A stretch of 64,000 bases of DNA from an uncultured Lactobacillus sp. (GTDB taxonomy: Bacteria; Bacillota; Bacilli; Lactobacillales; Lactobacillaceae): the NCBI RefSeq assembly GCF_944327175.1, contig NZ_CALVGT010000055.1:10121-74120 (forward strand), written 5' to 3'. The position numbers and the translations under genes were made by a program. Positions 1-11,651 of the stretch are shown here, in pieces (position 1 is the first letter of the stretch; each line of letters starts with the position of its first letter). The notes below the pieces were generated by a model. It was not told where the DNA came from and searched no databases. It saw nothing but the letters and a program-made list of their open reading frames with translations.

Positions 1-3000
1 GCAGATTGGTTTGGCTTCACCAAACAAGATCAGAAGCTGGTCTTACGGGGAAGTTAAGAAGCCGGAAACCATCAACTACCGGACTTTGAAGCCAGAAAAA
101 GACGGTCTGTTCGATGAACGGATCTTCGGGCCAACCAAGGACTATGCTTGTGCCTGTGGCAAGTACAAGGGCGTTCGCTACAAGGGGATCGTCTGTGACC
201 GGTGCGGGGTTGAAGTAACGACCTCTCACGTGCGCCGGGAACGGATGGGCCACATCGAACTGGCTGCTCCTGTAACCCACATCTGGTACTTCAAGGGTAT
301 TCCATCAAGAATGGGCCTGGTTTTGGACGTATCTCCAAAGCAATTGGAAGAAGTTATCTACTTTGCTGCCTACATTGTCATCGATCCAGGTGACACTGGC
401 CTGGAAGCCAAGCAGCTCTTGACTGAAGCTGAATACCGGGAAGAAAAGGCCAAGTACGGCAACCGCTTCGTAGCTAAGATGGGTGCCGAAGCCATCCGCG
501 ACCTGCTTAAGCAGGTTGACCTGGACAAGGAAGTTACTGCCCTTAAGGCAGAACTGCAAACCTTGAAGGGGCAAAAGCGGACCCGGGCTATCCGCCGGCT
601 GGACATCCTTGATGCCTTTAGAAACAGCGGCAACAAGCCTGAATGGATGGTTATGGAAACTGTTCCGGTTATTCCGCCGGACTTGCGGCCAATGGTTCAG
701 CTGGAAGGTGGCCGTTTCGCAACTTCCGACTTGAACGACCTTTACCGCCGGGTTATCAACCGTAACAACCGGTTGAAGAAGCTGCTGGACATGCACGCTC
801 CTGGCTTGATCGTGCAAAACGAAGAGCGGATGCTGCAAGAAGCAGTTGACGCCTTGATCGACAACGGCCGCCGGGGCCGCCCAGTTGTTGGGCCAGGCAA
901 CCGGCCACTGAAGTCTATCTCACACATGCTGAAGGGTAAGCAAGGGCGTTTCCGCCAAAACTTGCTTGGTAAGCGTGTTGACTACTCCGGCCGTTCAGTT
1001 ATCGACGTTTCTCCAAAGCTGAAGATTTACCAATGTGGTGTTCCGCGTCCAATGGCTCTGGAATTGTTCAAGCCATTCGTTATGCGGGAACTTGTCCGCC
1101 GGGGCATTGCTTCCAACATTAAGAACGCTAAGCGCAAGATCGACCGGGAAGACGACGACATCTGGGACGTATTGGAATACGTCATTAAGGAACGTCCAGT
1201 TCTTTTGAACCGGGCACCTACCCTGCACCGTCTGTCAATCCAGGCCTTTGAACCAGTTTTGGTTCCAGGCAAGGCCCTGCGTTTGCACCCACTGGCTTGT
1301 GAAGCTTACAACGCCGACTTCGACGGTGACCAGATGGCCATCCACGTGCCGTTGTCAGACGAAGCTGTGGCTGAATCCCGCCTCTTGATGCTGGCTGCCC
1401 ACCACATCTTGACTCCTAAGGACGGTACCCCAATCGTTACTCCGTCCCAGGACATCGTTTTGGGTAACTACTGGCTGACCCAAGCTGAAATCGGCCGGGA
1501 AGGCGAAGGCATGATCTTTGCTACTCCAGAAGAAGCAACCATTGCCTACAACAACGGCGATATTCACTACCACACCATCATCGGTGTGTCAGCCGCTTCA
1601 ATGCCGAAGAAGGACTGGGGCGCGGGCCACGAAGACAGCATTTTCGTAACTACTTACGGCCGCTTGGTCTTCAACTCCCTCTTCCCAGACGACTACTTCT
1701 ACATCAACGAACCAAGCCAGGACAACTTGAAGCAGCCAATGGCTGACAAGTACTTCCTGGAAGATGGCCAGGACATCCACGACAAGATCGCTGAAGTTGG
1801 CCAGGACCTGGTGGCTACGCCATTCAAGAAGGGCTTCCTAGGTGAGACTATTTCTGAAATCTACAAGCGCTACCAGGTACAAAGAACTTCAGAATACCTG
1901 GACGACTTGAAGGAAATGGGTTACTCAGCTTCAACTATTTCCGGCTTGACTATCGGTATGGCCGACGTTCCGGAAACCAAGACCAAGGATGCCTTGGTTG
2001 CTGAAGCCCGCAAGCAGGTTAAGGAAGTATCCAAGATGTTCCGCCGGGGTAAGCTGTCTGACAAGGAACGTCACGACAACATCATCAAGATCTGGACTGA
2101 CTGTAAGGATGCCGTTCAACAGGAAATTGCCGAATTCAAGGACCAAAAGAACCCAATCTCCGTCATGCAGCAGTCCGGTGCCCGTGGTAACATCTCCAAC
2201 TTTACCCAGCTGGCTGGTATGCGTGGTTTGATGGCCACACCAAGTGGTGAATTGTTCGAAATTCCGGTTATCTCCAACTTCAAGGAAGGTCTGACCGTTC
2301 TGGAACTGTTCATGTCCACTCACGGCGCCCGGAAGGGGATGACTGACACGGCCTTGAAGACTGCCCAGTCTGGTTACCTAACCCGTCGTTTGGTTGACGT
2401 TGCCCAGGACGTTATCATTCGTGAAGACGACTGTGGCACTGACCGCGGCATTACTGCCAAGGCCATCGTTGACAAGGATGCCGGCTTGATTGAATCACTT
2501 TACGACCGTCTGGTAGGCCGCTTTACCAACCGGACTGTCCGTGACCCGCAAACTGGTGAAGTCATCTGCCCTAAGGGTGTCTTGATGGACGAACAAATGG
2601 CGCAGAAGATTGTTGACGCTGGCGTGCAGGAAGTCCAAATCCGGTCAATCCTGACTTGCAACACTTCCCACGGTATCTGCCGGAAGTGCTACGGCCGGAA
2701 CCTGGCTACTGCCGAAGAAGTTGAAATCGGTGAAGCAGTTGGTACGGTTGCCGCTCAGTCAATCGGTGAACCAGGTACCCAGCTGACCCTGCGTACTTTC
2801 CACACCGGTGGTGTTGCCGGCGCAGAAGACATCACTCAAGGTCTGCCTCGTGTGCAAGAATTGTTCGAAGCCCGCAACCCTAAGGGTCGCGCGGTCATCT
2901 CTGAAGTTGACGGTGTTGTTGACAAGATCGAAAGCAACGCGGCTGAACACTTGCAAGAAATCACCGTTAAGGGCAAGATCGACACCAGAGTCTACACGAT

Positions 3001-3637
3001 TCCTTACACTGCTAAGCCAGCAGTTCAAGAAGGCGATGAAATCCACCGTGGTGACAAGCTGATCCCTGGTTCTATTGACCCTAAGGAATTGATCAAGGTA
3101 ACTGACACTTTGACGACTGAAGAATACATCCTGGCTGAAGTCCAGAAGTCATACCGGACTCAGGGTGTTGACCTGGCCGACAAGCACGCCGAAGTCTTGA
3201 CCAGACAGATGCTGCAGAAGGTCCGGGTCCTTGACCCAGGTGAAACCGACATCTTGCCAGGTGAAGTCATGGACATCGCTGAATTCCGCGACAGAAACCG
3301 TGACGTCATCATCAGCGGCGGGATCCCGGCTACTGCCCAGGCTGACATTCTGGGTATCACCAAGGCTGCCTTGGAAACTAATAGTTTCCTGTCAGCTGCT
3401 TCATTCCAGGAAACTACCCGGGTTCTTACCGACGCGTCAATCCGCGGCAAGAACGACCCACTTCTTGGTTTGAAGGAAAACGTCATCATCGGGAAGATCA
3501 TCCCAGCTGGTACTGGTATGCCAATTTACCGCGAGCAAGTGCCAAAGGCCGATGTTCAACAACCAGACTCAGTTTACTCAATCGCTGACCTGGAAAAGAA
3601 GATGGAAGACGAAAACAAGGAAACTGAAAGCAAGTAA
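1..3637 (+). CDS. rpoC: DNA-directed RNA polymerase subunit beta-prime, 5-prime end cut by window edge (codon phase from nt 2)
   Basis: 1208-aa ORF with no true start in the window. It has the N-terminal Zn motif [25 protein letters not shown] and the catalytic NADFDGDQM motif. Confidence 0.97.
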   Translation, partial: QIGLASPNKIRSWSYGEVKKPETINYRTLKPEKDGLFDERIFGPTKDYACACGKYKGVRYKGIVCDRCGVEVTTSHVRRERMGHIELAAPVTHIWYFKGIPSRMGLVLDVSPKQLEEVIYFAAYIVIDPGDTGLEAKQLLTEAEYREEKAKYGNRFVAKMGAEAIRDLLKQVDLDKEVTALKAELQTLKGQKRTRAIRRLDILDAFRNSGNKPEWMVMETVPVIPPDLRPMVQLEGGRFATSDLNDLYRRVINRNNRLKKLLDMHAPGLIVQNEERMLQEAVDALIDNGRRGRPVVGPGNRPLKSISHMLKGKQGRFRQNLLGKRVDYSGRSVIDVSPKLKIYQCGVPRPMALELFKPFVMRELVRRGIASNIKNAKRKIDREDDDIWDVLEYVIKERPVLLNRAPTLHRLSIQAFEPVLVPGKALRLHPLACEAYNADFDGDQMAIHVPLSDEAVAESRLLMLAAHHILTPKDGTPIVTPSQDIVLGNYWLTQAEIGREGEGMIFATPEEATIAYNNGDIHYHTIIGVSAASMPKKDWGAGHEDSIFVTTYGRLVFNSLFPDDYFYINEPSQDNLKQPMADKYFLEDGQDIHDKIAEVGQDLVATPFKKGFLGETISEIYKRYQVQRTSEYLDDLKEMGYSASTISGLTIGMADVPETKTKDALVAEARKQVKEVSKMFRRGKLSDKERHDNIIKIWTDCKDAVQQEIAEFKDQKNPISVMQQSGARGNISNFTQLAGMRGLMATPSGELFEIPVISNFKEGLTVLELFMSTHGARKGMTDTALKTAQSGYLTRRLVDVAQDVIIREDDCGTDRGITAKAIVDKDAGLIESLYDRLVGRFTNRTVRDPQTGEVICPKGVLMDEQMAQKIVDAGVQEVQIRSILTCNTSHGICRKCYGRNLATAEEVEIGEAVGTVAAQSIGEPGTQLTLRTFHTGGVAGAEDITQGLPRVQELFEARNPKGRAVISEVDGVVDKIESNAAEHLQEITVKGKIDTRVYTIPYTAKPAVQEGDEIHRGDKLIPGSIDPKELIKVTDTLTTEEYILAEVQKSYRTQGVDLADKHAEVLTRQMLQKVRVLDPGETDILPGEVMDIAEFRDRNRDVIISGGIPATAQADILGITKAALETNSFLSAASFQETTRVLTDASIRGKNDPLLGLKENVIIGKIIPAGTGMPIYREQVPKADVQQPDSVYSIADLEKKMEDENKETESK

Positions 3638-3655
3638 TCCAGTTTAATTAACAAG

Positions 3656-3696
3656 AAAAAACGCTCGAATGGCTCAAAGTCATCCGAACGTTTTTT
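3656..3696. terminator. Bidirectional intrinsic terminator between convergent rpoC and the peptidase gene
   Basis: AAAAAACGcTCGaAT ... ATcCGAaCGTTTTTT: an A-tract/T-tract flanked hairpin with two symmetric mismatches. Confidence 0.6.
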
Positions 3697-3704
3697 CTTT
3701 TGCC

Positions 3705-4265
3705 CTAAAGGAAAAATTGGAGGTTGAGGCCCCAGAATAAGTAGGGCAGGAAGGCGAAGGGCTCTTTACCCGGCCGCTTATGCCAAAGCGCGTGGGCGAT
3801 GGCCAGCAGGGAGGCCAGCAGGAAACTCTTCACAGCAACGGGACATGAAAAATTTAAAGACAGGAGTAAAAAATGCCAAACGTCCCCGGTTCCCATTTTC
3901 CCTGTAAAAGCGAGCCAGACCAGGACCGCCAGAAAAATGGCCGCCTGCCCCAGGCCTTCCGTGTCTGGTGCCTGGAAAAAATGTATCAGCCCGGTGGCCA
4001 GTGGCACGACGAGCAGGCAAGTATCAAAAGACTGCTCATGGAGGTCGCTGACAACCATTAAAAAGAAGTTGATTATAAAGAGTAGAGAAATAACACTGCT
4101 CCTAGAATTGGAGATTAAATAAACTAACAAATTTCCGGCCAGGATGATGTAAGGAGTATCATCAGCCAGCCAGCTTTTACACTCAAGGATGGTATTATAA
4201 CGGTAGTGGTCGGCGATGAGAGCTGCCAAAAGACCGCAGAGTAAAGAAATCATTTCGCTGAGCAT
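3705..4265 (-). CDS. Type IV prepilin (A24) leader peptidase-like polytopic membrane protein, short form
   Basis: 186 aa, multi-TM. VVSDLHEQSFD and GKMGTGDVWHF resemble the two Asp boxes of A24 peptidases, and C-terminal PFAFLPYL resembles PFGPFL. There is no N-terminal methyltransferase region. Confidence 0.55.
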   Translation of the reverse strand: MLSEMISLLCGLLAALIADHYRYNTILECKSWLADDTPYIILAGNLLVYLISNSRSSVISLLFIINFFLMVVSDLHEQSFDTCLLVVPLATGLIHFFQAPDTEGLGQAAIFLAVLVWLAFTGKMGTGDVWHFLLLSLNFSCPVAVKSFLLASLLAIAHALWHKRPGKEPFAFLPYLFWGLNLQFFL

Positions 4266-4352
4266 TTTTTCCCTCCACTTACTATTACACCTTTTTTGCC
4301 TATATTTTTTAAAAAGGCAAAAAAATGTTAGTTTAGGGAAAATCTTTACCTG

Positions 4353-4557
4353 CTAAAAAACAAACTTCTCCAGAGCCTGGGCAATTCCGTCTTCGTCATT
4401 GCTGCTAGTGACATAGTCAGCGGCTTGCTTGACCAGGTCATTGCCGTTGCCCATGGCCACGCTGGTGCCGGCAAAAGCAGGCCTTGGCGATGGCCTGGAT
4501 TTGTCCGCGTGAATTGAGCAGGGTGCCGTCAGTGTCGATAGCAATTAATTTGATCAT
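4353..4557 (-). pseudogene. Remnant of a Cof-type HAD-IIB phosphatase with a large internal deletion and frame change
   Basis: ATG at 4557 (RBS GAGGT upstream) encodes MIKLIAIDTDGTLLNSRGQI (HAD motif I DxDGT) and stops after about 39 codons. Another frame encodes the C-terminal end FAGTSVAMGNGNDLVKQAADYVTSSNDEDGIAQALEKF (HAD motif IV). The roughly 200 aa normally between them are absent. Confidence 0.8.
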
Positions 4558-4696
4558 TTTTTACCTCATTTTTTCTTTTCTACTAACTGCAAATTAATAT
4601 TTTTCGCCTAAAATAAATCTTAGTACAGATGGAAAGCGCGGTCATTGGCGGAAAAAGCGCAGCTTTTTCCAAGCAAGAAATTCTTGAAAAAAAGCT

Positions 4697-4724
4697 TTGC
4701 ATTGGCTGGCAAATGGAGTATACT
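4697..4724 (+). promoter_or_regulatory. Candidate sigma-A promoter of the str operon
   Basis: TTGCAT, 16 nt spacer, TATACT, about 95 nt upstream of rpsL. Confidence 0.5.
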
Positions 4725-4819
4725 AACAGATGTATGTTTTGAAGATTACTCCGCGAGGCAAAAAAGAAACTCCCGGATATGTGAACAAAATGATATATAA
4801 ATTTAGGAGGAACTAGTTA

Positions 4820-5227
4820 ATGCCAACCATTAATCAATTGGTTAGAAAAGGCCGTCACTCAAAGACTACTAAGTCAAAGTCACCAGCCTTGAACTACAGC
4901 TACAACAGCATGAAGAAGGAACAAGTCTTCAACCCAGCACCACAAATGCGTGGGGTTGCGACTCGTGTCGGTACTATGACGCCAAAGAAGCCTAACTCAG
5001 CTTTGCGTAAGTACGCCCGTGTACGTCTTTCAAACTTGACTGAAGTTACTGCCTACATCCCAGGTGAAGGCCACAACTTGCAAGAACACTCAGTTGTCTT
5101 GATCCGTGGGGGCCGTGTAAAGGACCTTCCTGGTGTACGTTACCACATCGTTCGTGGTGCCCTTGACACTGCTGGTGTTGACGGCAGAAAGCAAGCTCGT
5201 TCCAAGTACGGCGCTAAGAAGGGTTAA
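4820..5227 (+). CDS. rpsL: 30S ribosomal protein uS12
   Basis: [12 protein letters not shown]... canonical uS12 sequence. AGGAGG RBS upstream. Confidence 0.98.
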   Translation: MPTINQLVRKGRHSKTTKSKSPALNYSYNSMKKEQVFNPAPQMRGVATRVGTMTPKKPNSALRKYARVRLSNLTEVTAYIPGEGHNLQEHSVVLIRGGRVKDLPGVRYHIVRGALDTAGVDGRKQARSKYGAKKG

Positions 5228-5242
5228 AGGAGGACTTAAATA

Positions 5243-5713
5243 ATGCCAAGAAAAGGTCATGTTTCAAAGAGAGACGTTTTAGCAGACCCAGTTTACAACT
5301 CAAAGCTGGTTACTAAGCTGATCAACCACTTGATGAAGGATGGTAAGAGAGCTCAAGCTTCATCAATCCTTTACGACGCTTTTGACATCATCAAGGACAA
5401 GACTGGCAAGGAACCAATGGATGTCTTTGAAGAAGCCATGAACAACGTTAAGCCAGTTTTGGAAGTTAAGGCTCGCCGTATCGGTGGTTCTAACTACCAA
5501 GTTCCTGTAGAAGTTCGTCCAGAAAGACAAACTACTTTGGCATTGCGTTGGCTTGTTTCATACTCCCGCCTGCGTAACGAACACACTATGGATGAACGTC
5601 TGGCAAACGAATTGATCGATGCCTCAAACAACACTGGTTCAGCCGTTAAGAAGCGTGAAGACGTGCACCGTATGGCAGAAGCCAACCGTGCCTTCGCTCA
5701 CTACCGTTTCTAA
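5243..5713 (+). CDS. rpsG: 30S ribosomal protein uS7
   Basis: [28 protein letters not shown]... canonical uS7 sequence. Lies in the str operon. Confidence 0.98.
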   Translation: MPRKGHVSKRDVLADPVYNSKLVTKLINHLMKDGKRAQASSILYDAFDIIKDKTGKEPMDVFEEAMNNVKPVLEVKARRIGGSNYQVPVEVRPERQTTLALRWLVSYSRLRNEHTMDERLANELIDASNNTGSAVKKREDVHRMAEANRAFAHYRF

Positions 5714-5746
5714 TCTAGTGCTCGTTATCTAAGGAGATAGAAAATT

Positions 5747-7831
5747 ATGGCTAACAAACGTGAATTCTCATTAGAGAAGACTCGCAACATCGGTATCATG
5801 GCCCACATCGACGCCGGTAAGACTACTACTACTGAACGTATCCTTTACTACACTGGTAAGATCCACAAGATTGGTGAAACTCACGAAGGTGACTCCCAAA
5901 TGGACTGGATGGAAGAAGAAAAGGAACGTGGGATCACGATCACTTCCGCAGCCACTACTGCTCAATGGAAGGACCACCGGATCAACATCATCGACACCCC
6001 AGGACACGTTGACTTCACTATCGAAGTTGAACGTTCCCTGCGTGTCCTTGACGGCGCCGTAACTGTTCTGGACGCTCAATCAGGTGTTGAACCACAAACC
6101 GAAAACGTTTGGCGTCAAGCTGAAAACTACGGTGTTCCACGGATCGTCTTCGTTAACAAGATGGACAAGATCGGTGCCAACTTCGACTTTTCAGTTAAGA
6201 GTCTGCACGAACGTTTGAACGCTAACGCTATCGCCGTTCAAATGCCTATCGGTGCTGAAGACCAATTCGAAGGCGTTATCGACTTGTTCGACATGGTTGC
6301 TGACGTTTACGACGAAGACAAGTTGGGCGCAAACTGGGAAACTATTCCAGTTCCAGACGAATACAAGGAAGAAGCTGAAAGCCGTCGTGAAGAAATGATC
6401 GAACAGATCGCTGAAATTGACGACGACATCATGGAAAAGTTCCTTGGCGGTGAAGAAATCTCCAACGAAGAACTTAAGGCTGCTTTGCGTCGGGCAACTT
6501 TGAACTTGAAAGCCTTCCCAGTATTTGCTGGTTCAGCCTTCAAGAACAAGGGTGTGCAAATGATGCTTGACGGCGTGATCGACTACCTGCCATCACCACT
6601 TGACGTTAAGCCATATGTTGCTCACGACAAGGACGGCAACGAAGTTGAACTGCTGGCTGACGACAACAAGCCATTCGCAGCTTTGGCCTTCAAGATCGCT
6701 ACTGACCCATTCGTTGGTCGTTTGACTTTCATCCGTGTCTACACTGGTTCATTGGAATCAGGTTCTTACGTATTGAACGCTTCAAAGAACCAACGTGAAC
6801 GTGTTGGCCGTTTGCTGCAAATGCACGCCAACTCACGTACTGAAATCCCAGAAGTCTTCTCAGGTGACATCGCTGGTGCCATCGGTTTGAAGAACACCAC
6901 TACTGGTGACTCTTTGACTGACCCAGCTCACCCATTGATTCTGGAAAGCCTGGACATCCCAGCTCCAGTTATCCAAGTTTCAGTTGAACCTAAGTCAAAG
7001 GCTGACCGGGACAAGATGGACGTCGCTTTGCAAAAGCTGACTGAAGAAGACCCAACTTTCCGGGCTGAAACTAACCCAGAAACTGGTGAAACTTTGATCT
7101 CCGGGATGGGTGAACTTCACCTGGACATCATGGTTGAACGTATGAAGCGTGAATTCAACGTTGAAGCAACGATCGGTGAACCACAAGTTGCCTACCGTGA
7201 AACCTTCACTGTACCGACTCAAGCTCAAGGTAAGTTTGTTCGTCAGTCCGGTGGTAAGGGTCAATACGGTGACGTTTGGATCGAATTTACTCCAAACGAA
7301 GGCAAGGGCTACGAATTCGAAGACGCCATTGTCGGTGGTGTAGTTCCTCGTGAATACATCCCATCAGTTGACGCTGGTCTGCAAGAAGCCATGAAGAACG
7401 GTGTTCTGGCTGGCTACCCATTGATCGACGTTAAGGCTAAGCTGTACGATGGTTCATACCACGAAGTCGACTCAAGTGAAGCTGCCTTCAAGGTTGCCGC
7501 ATCATTGGCTTTGAAGAACGCTGCTTCAAAGGCCGGCGCTGTTATCCTTGAACCAATCATGAAGGTTCAAGTCATCGCTCCAGAAGAATACCTTGGTGAC
7601 GTTATGGGCTCAATCACTGCTCGTCGTGGCCAAATGGAAGGTATGGAAGACCGGGCAGGTGCCAAGGTCATCAACGCGATGGTTCCATTGTCAGAAATGT
7701 TTGGTTACGCAACTACCCTGCGTTCATCCACTCAAGGCCGTGGTACCTTCACGATGGTTATGGACCACTACTCACCATGTCCTAAGTCAATCCAAGCTGA
7801 CATCATCAAGAAGCGTGGCGGCAACGCTTAA
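5747..7831 (+). CDS. fusA: Elongation factor G
   Basis: G-domain motifs [17 protein letters not shown] and NKMD. 694 aa, following rpsG. Confidence 0.98.
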   Translation: MANKREFSLEKTRNIGIMAHIDAGKTTTTERILYYTGKIHKIGETHEGDSQMDWMEEEKERGITITSAATTAQWKDHRINIIDTPGHVDFTIEVERSLRVLDGAVTVLDAQSGVEPQTENVWRQAENYGVPRIVFVNKMDKIGANFDFSVKSLHERLNANAIAVQMPIGAEDQFEGVIDLFDMVADVYDEDKLGANWETIPVPDEYKEEAESRREEMIEQIAEIDDDIMEKFLGGEEISNEELKAALRRATLNLKAFPVFAGSAFKNKGVQMMLDGVIDYLPSPLDVKPYVAHDKDGNEVELLADDNKPFAALAFKIATDPFVGRLTFIRVYTGSLESGSYVLNASKNQRERVGRLLQMHANSRTEIPEVFSGDIAGAIGLKNTTTGDSLTDPAHPLILESLDIPAPVIQVSVEPKSKADRDKMDVALQKLTEEDPTFRAETNPETGETLISGMGELHLDIMVERMKREFNVEATIGEPQVAYRETFTVPTQAQGKFVRQSGGKGQYGDVWIEFTPNEGKGYEFEDAIVGGVVPREYIPSVDAGLQEAMKNGVLAGYPLIDVKAKLYDGSYHEVDSSEAAFKVAASLALKNAASKAGAVILEPIMKVQVIAPEEYLGDVMGSITARRGQMEGMEDRAGAKVINAMVPLSEMFGYATTLRSSTQGRGTFTMVMDHYSPCPKSIQADIIKKRGGNA

Positions 7832-7874
7832 TGCTTCCTAGCATGATCTAAGCCTTGATTTAGACCAAAACAGA

Positions 7875-7915
7875 AATCCTAGCAAAGACATTGCTTGTCC
7901 TTGCTAGGATTTTTT
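7875..7915 (+). terminator. Intrinsic terminator of the str operon
   Basis: AATCCTAGCAA ... TTGCTAGGATT followed by a T-run. Confidence 0.8.
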
Positions 7916-8025
7916 GTATTTTTAAAAAACTGTATTCTGGAAATATGTTAAAAAGGAAAGAAAAATTTCTCCACCAAGGGAAAGTAATTATAGAAAATTT
8001 TTTCGAAAAAAATCGGGCTAAACCC

Positions 8026-8054
8026 TTGCTATTTAAGGCTTAAGGCCTTATACT
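8026..8054 (+). promoter_or_regulatory. Candidate promoter of the S10 operon
   Basis: TTGCTA, 17 nt spacer, TATACT. Confidence 0.55.
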
Positions 8055-8059
8055 AGATA

Positions 8060-8205
8060 AAGTGCTTTTGAGAGGGAAGTTGCCCTCTGAGTACAAATTG
8101 TAGTTAGCTTCGACGCGGAAGGTTGCGGCACACCAGGCTGCATTGCCACAGTGGTTGTGCAGGGAATTTTCGCCGAGCTAGTCATCTTTTAAAGAAGACG
8201 TATAG
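8060..8205 (+). promoter_or_regulatory. Structured 5-prime leader of the S10 operon
   Basis: About 150-nt untranslated leader. Local hairpins are AGAGGG..CCCTCT and CTGCA..CCACAGTGG..TGCAG, with a long-range pairing TAGCTTCG / CGAGCTA. Confidence 0.4.
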
Positions 8206-8216
8206 GAGGTAATTAG

Positions 8217-8525
8217 ATGGCAAATGAAAAGATTCGTATTAGATTAAAGTCTTACGAACACAGCATTCTCGATGAATCAGCTGCTAAGATTGTGGACACT
8301 GCGAAGAGAACTGGCGCTGAAATCTCAGGTCCAGTTCCGCTTCCAACTGAAAGAACTTTGTTCACTGTTCTGCGTTCACCACACATGAACAAGGACTCAC
8401 GTGAACAATTCGAAATGCGGACCCACAAGCGTCTGATCGACATCTTGAACCCAACCCCTAAGACGGTTGACTCATTGATGAAGCTCGATCTGCCAAGTGG
8501 CGTTGACATCGAAATTAAGCTTTAA
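8217..8525 (+). CDS. rpsJ: 30S ribosomal protein uS10
   Basis: [15 protein letters not shown]... First gene of the S10 cluster. Confidence 0.98.
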   Translation: MANEKIRIRLKSYEHSILDESAAKIVDTAKRTGAEISGPVPLPTERTLFTVLRSPHMNKDSREQFEMRTHKRLIDILNPTPKTVDSLMKLDLPSGVDIEIKL

Positions 8526-8550
8526 TTTTTAGATAGAAAGAGGTGTAATC

Positions 8551-9180
8551 ATGACCAAAGGAATCTTAGGAAGAAAAGTTGGCATGACTCAAATCTTCAC
8601 TAAAGATGGTGTTCTTGTACCAGTAACTGTTATTGAAGCAACTCCAAACGTTGTTATGCAAGTTAAGACTGTAGAAAACGACGGTTACGAAGCTGTACAA
8701 TTGGGCTACCAAGACAAGCGTGAAGTTTTGAGCAACAAGCCAGAAAAAGGTCATGCTGATAAGGCAAAGACTTCACCTAAGCGCTTCATTCGTGAACTCC
8801 GCGGAGTAGAGCTTAGTGACTACGAAGTCGGCTCAGAAGTTACTGTGGAGACGTTCAAGGAAGGTGACGTTGTCAACGTTACTGGTACTTCAAGAGGTCA
8901 TGGCTACCAAGGTAACATCAAGCGCCACCACCAATCACGTGGTCCTGAAACCCACGGTTCCCGTTACCACAGAATTCCGGGTTCAATGGGTTCAATCATC
9001 AACCGCGTGCCAAAAGGCAAGAAGTTGCCAGGTCACATGGGTGTGAAGACTGTTACTATTGAAAACTTAGTAGTAGAAAAAGTTGTTGCAGATAAGAACG
9101 TCTTGATGATCAAGGGTAACGTACCAGGTGCCAAGAACTCATTGATCGTTGTTAAGTCATCTGCAAAGGCTAGCAAGTAG
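8551..9180 (+). CDS. rplC: 50S ribosomal protein uL3
   Basis: [16 protein letters not shown]... Conserved order. Confidence 0.98.
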   Translation: MTKGILGRKVGMTQIFTKDGVLVPVTVIEATPNVVMQVKTVENDGYEAVQLGYQDKREVLSNKPEKGHADKAKTSPKRFIRELRGVELSDYEVGSEVTVETFKEGDVVNVTGTSRGHGYQGNIKRHHQSRGPETHGSRYHRIPGSMGSIINRVPKGKKLPGHMGVKTVTIENLVVEKVVADKNVLMIKGNVPGAKNSLIVVKSSAKASK

Positions 9181-9194
9181 GAAGGAGGACTCAA

Positions 9195-9812
9195 ATGGCT
9201 AATTTCAAACTTATGGATCAAAACGGCAACAACGCTGGTGAAGTAACTTTAAACGACAACGTGTTTAGCGTTGAACCAAACGAAGCTGTTGTCTTTGATG
9301 CAATCATCAGACAAAGAGCTGGCAAGCGTCAGGGTACCTCTAAGGTGAAGAACAGATCTGCCGTTCGCGGTGGTGGTAAGAAGCCTTGGAGACAAAAGGG
9401 TACTGGTCGTGCTCGTCAAGGTTCAATCCGTGCTCCACAATGGCGCGGCGGTGGTGTTGTCTTTGGGCCTACTCCACGTTCCTACGCTTACAGCATGCCA
9501 AGAAAGCAACGCCGTCTGGCTATCAAGTCTGTCTTGTCACAAAAGCTCCTTGACCAAAACTTGGTAGTTCTGGACAAGCTTACTCTGGACGCTCCTAAGA
9601 CTAAGGACTTCGTTGCAATCTTGAACGGCTTGAAGCTTGAAGGCAAGGTTCTGGTTGTTTCAGACGACAAGAACGTACAACTTTCAGCCAAGAACCTGCC
9701 AAAGGTTAAGGTTGTTCCAGTTAACGGCTTGAACGTTGAAGACGCCGTTAACTACGACAAGCTCGTTTTGACTCAAGACGACGTTAAGAAGATTGAGGAG
9801 GTATTGGCTTAA
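9195..9812 (+). CDS. rplD: 50S ribosomal protein uL4
   Basis: [15 protein letters not shown] motif. Conserved order. Confidence 0.98.
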   Translation: MANFKLMDQNGNNAGEVTLNDNVFSVEPNEAVVFDAIIRQRAGKRQGTSKVKNRSAVRGGGKKPWRQKGTGRARQGSIRAPQWRGGGVVFGPTPRSYAYSMPRKQRRLAIKSVLSQKLLDQNLVVLDKLTLDAPKTKDFVAILNGLKLEGKVLVVSDDKNVQLSAKNLPKVKVVPVNGLNVEDAVNYDKLVLTQDDVKKIEEVLA

Positions 9813-10108
9813 TGGACGCACGCGACATTATCTTAAGACCTGTTATCACTGAAAAGTCAGCCGACTTGATGGACAGCAAGAAGTACACTTTCGACGTGGC
9901 CTTAACTGCTACCAAGCTTCAAGTTCGCGACGCTATTGAAGAAATCTTCGATGTTAAGGTTAAGAGCGTGAACATCATGAATGTTCGCGGCAAGGACAAG
10001 CGCGTAGGCCGCTACACTGGCAAGACTGCCCGTCGCAGAAAGGCAATCGTCGCTTTAACTGAAGATTCAAATGACATCAAGATTTTCAAAGACGAAAACA
10101 ACGAATAA
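9812..10108 (+). CDS. rplW: 50S ribosomal protein uL23
   Basis: TAATG overlap with rplD. 98 aa with a uL23-like sequence. Confidence 0.97.
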   Translation: MDARDIILRPVITEKSADLMDSKKYTFDVALTATKLQVRDAIEEIFDVKVKSVNIMNVRGKDKRVGRYTGKTARRRKAIVALTEDSNDIKIFKDENNE

Positions 10109-10133
10109 ATCAAGTAATTAGGAGGTCAGTAAA

Positions 10134-10970
10134 TTGGCTATTAAAGTTTACAAGCCAACATCAAACGGTCGTCGTAATATGACTTCTTCTGACTTTGCAG
10201 AAATCACTAAGTCAAAGCCTGAAAAGACTTTGCTTGCTTCTAAGTCAAAGACTGCAGGTCGTAACTCATACGGTCACATTACTGTAAGACACCGTGGCGG
10301 CGGTCACAAGCAACAATACCGTATCATCGATTTCAAGCGTACTAAGGACAACGTTAAGGCTAAGGTTGTCGCAATCGAATACGATCCAAACCGTTCAGCA
10401 AACATCGCCTTGCTGCACTACACTGATGGTACTAAGGCTTACATCTTGGCTCCTAAGGGCTTGACTGTAGGTTCATGGGTAGAATCAGGCGCAGATGCCG
10501 ACATCAAGGTTGGTAACGCATTGCCACTGAAGAATATCCCAACTGGTACTGAAGTTCACAACATCGAACTTAAGCCAGGCAAGGGTGGCCAAATCGCACG
10601 TAGTGCTGGTACTTCAGCTCAAGTTTTGGGTGTTGACGGCAAGTACACTCAAGTTCGTCTGCAATCCGGCGAAGTTCGTGAAATCCTTTCAGAATGCCGC
10701 GCTACTATCGGTGCTGTCGGCAACGAACAACACTCACTGATCAACATCGGTAAGGCTGGTCGTTCACGCTGGATGGGCAAGCGTCCACAATCCCGTGGTT
10801 CTGTAATGAACCCTAACGATCACCCACACGGTGGTGGTGAAGGTAAGGCACCTGTCGGCCGTCCACAGCCAATGACTCCATGGGGCAAGAAGTCACGTGG
10901 TGTTAAGACTAGAGACAGCAAGAAGGCTAGTGAAAAGTTAATCATCCGTCACCGTAAGGGTCGTAAGTAA
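10134..10970 (+). CDS. rplB: 50S ribosomal protein uL2
   Basis: TTG start after a GGAGG RBS. Motifs HRGGGHKQ and [12 protein letters not shown]. Confidence 0.98.
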   Translation: MAIKVYKPTSNGRRNMTSSDFAEITKSKPEKTLLASKSKTAGRNSYGHITVRHRGGGHKQQYRIIDFKRTKDNVKAKVVAIEYDPNRSANIALLHYTDGTKAYILAPKGLTVGSWVESGADADIKVGNALPLKNIPTGTEVHNIELKPGKGGQIARSAGTSAQVLGVDGKYTQVRLQSGEVREILSECRATIGAVGNEQHSLINIGKAGRSRWMGKRPQSRGSVMNPNDHPHGGGEGKAPVGRPQPMTPWGKKSRGVKTRDSKKASEKLIIRHRKGRK

Positions 10971-10987
10971 GAGAAGGGGGTAATTAA

Positions 10988-11263
10988 ATGAGCCGTAGTA
11001 TTAAAAAGGGTCCTTTTGCAGACGCCCACCTTTTGAAGAAGGTTGACGAGCAACAAGACGCAGAAAAGAAGCAAGTTATCAAGACTTGGTCACGTCGTTC
11101 AACTATTTTCCCTTCTTTCGTAGGGTTGACTATCGCTGTTTACGACGGTAGAAAGCACGTTCCAGTTTTCGTAACTGAAGACATGGTTGGTCACAAGCTG
11201 GGCGAATTCGTACCTACTAGAACCTTCCGCGGCCACAAGGCTGACGACAAGGCATCCAAGTAA
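10988..11263 (+). CDS. rpsS: 30S ribosomal protein uS19
   Basis: [10 protein letters not shown]... 91 aa. Confidence 0.98.
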   Translation: MSRSIKKGPFADAHLLKKVDEQQDAEKKQVIKTWSRRSTIFPSFVGLTIAVYDGRKHVPVFVTEDMVGHKLGEFVPTRTFRGHKADDKASK

Positions 11264-11284
11264 TAAGGAAGGAGAAACAATTAA

Positions 11285-11638
11285 ATGGCAGAACAAATTA
11301 GTTCAGCTAGAGCTGAAGCAAGAACTGTTCGTATCGCCCCAAGAAAAGCTCGTCTCGTTGTAGACTTGATCCGGGGTAAGAGCGTTGCTGAAGCATTGGC
11401 AATTTTGAAGTTTACGCCAAAAGCTGCTTCCCCAATCGTTGAAAAGGTTTTGCGTTCAGCAGTTGCTAACGCAGAACACAACTACGATCTTGAAAGTGCA
11501 AACCTTTACGTATCAGAAGCATACGTTAACGAAGGTGCTACTTTGAAGAGATTCCGTCCACGTGCCAAAGGTTCAGCTTCTCCAATCATGAAGAGAACCA
11601 GCCACGTAGTTGTTGTTGTTTCAGAATTGAACGATTAA
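11285..11638 (+). CDS. rplV: 50S ribosomal protein uL22
   Basis: 117 aa with a uL22-like sequence. Conserved order. Confidence 0.97.
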   Translation: MAEQISSARAEARTVRIAPRKARLVVDLIRGKSVAEALAILKFTPKAASPIVEKVLRSAVANAEHNYDLESANLYVSEAYVNEGATLKRFRPRAKGSASPIMKRTSHVVVVVSELND

Positions 11639-11651
11639 GGGAGGTATTTGA

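Noticed and set aside
3778-4122. Overlapping small ORFs (80, 107 and 62 aa) within or antisense to the prepilin-peptidase-like gene
   Set aside because: They have no RBS and give Arg/Pro-rich nonsense translations. The region is explained by the 186-aa membrane protein on the minus strand.
4266-4352. TTTTTTGCCT ... AGGCAAAAAA hairpin between the peptidase gene and the HAD remnant as a terminator
   Set aside because: The stem is formed largely by the A and T tracts themselves and has no trailing U-run on either strand. It is too weak to call.
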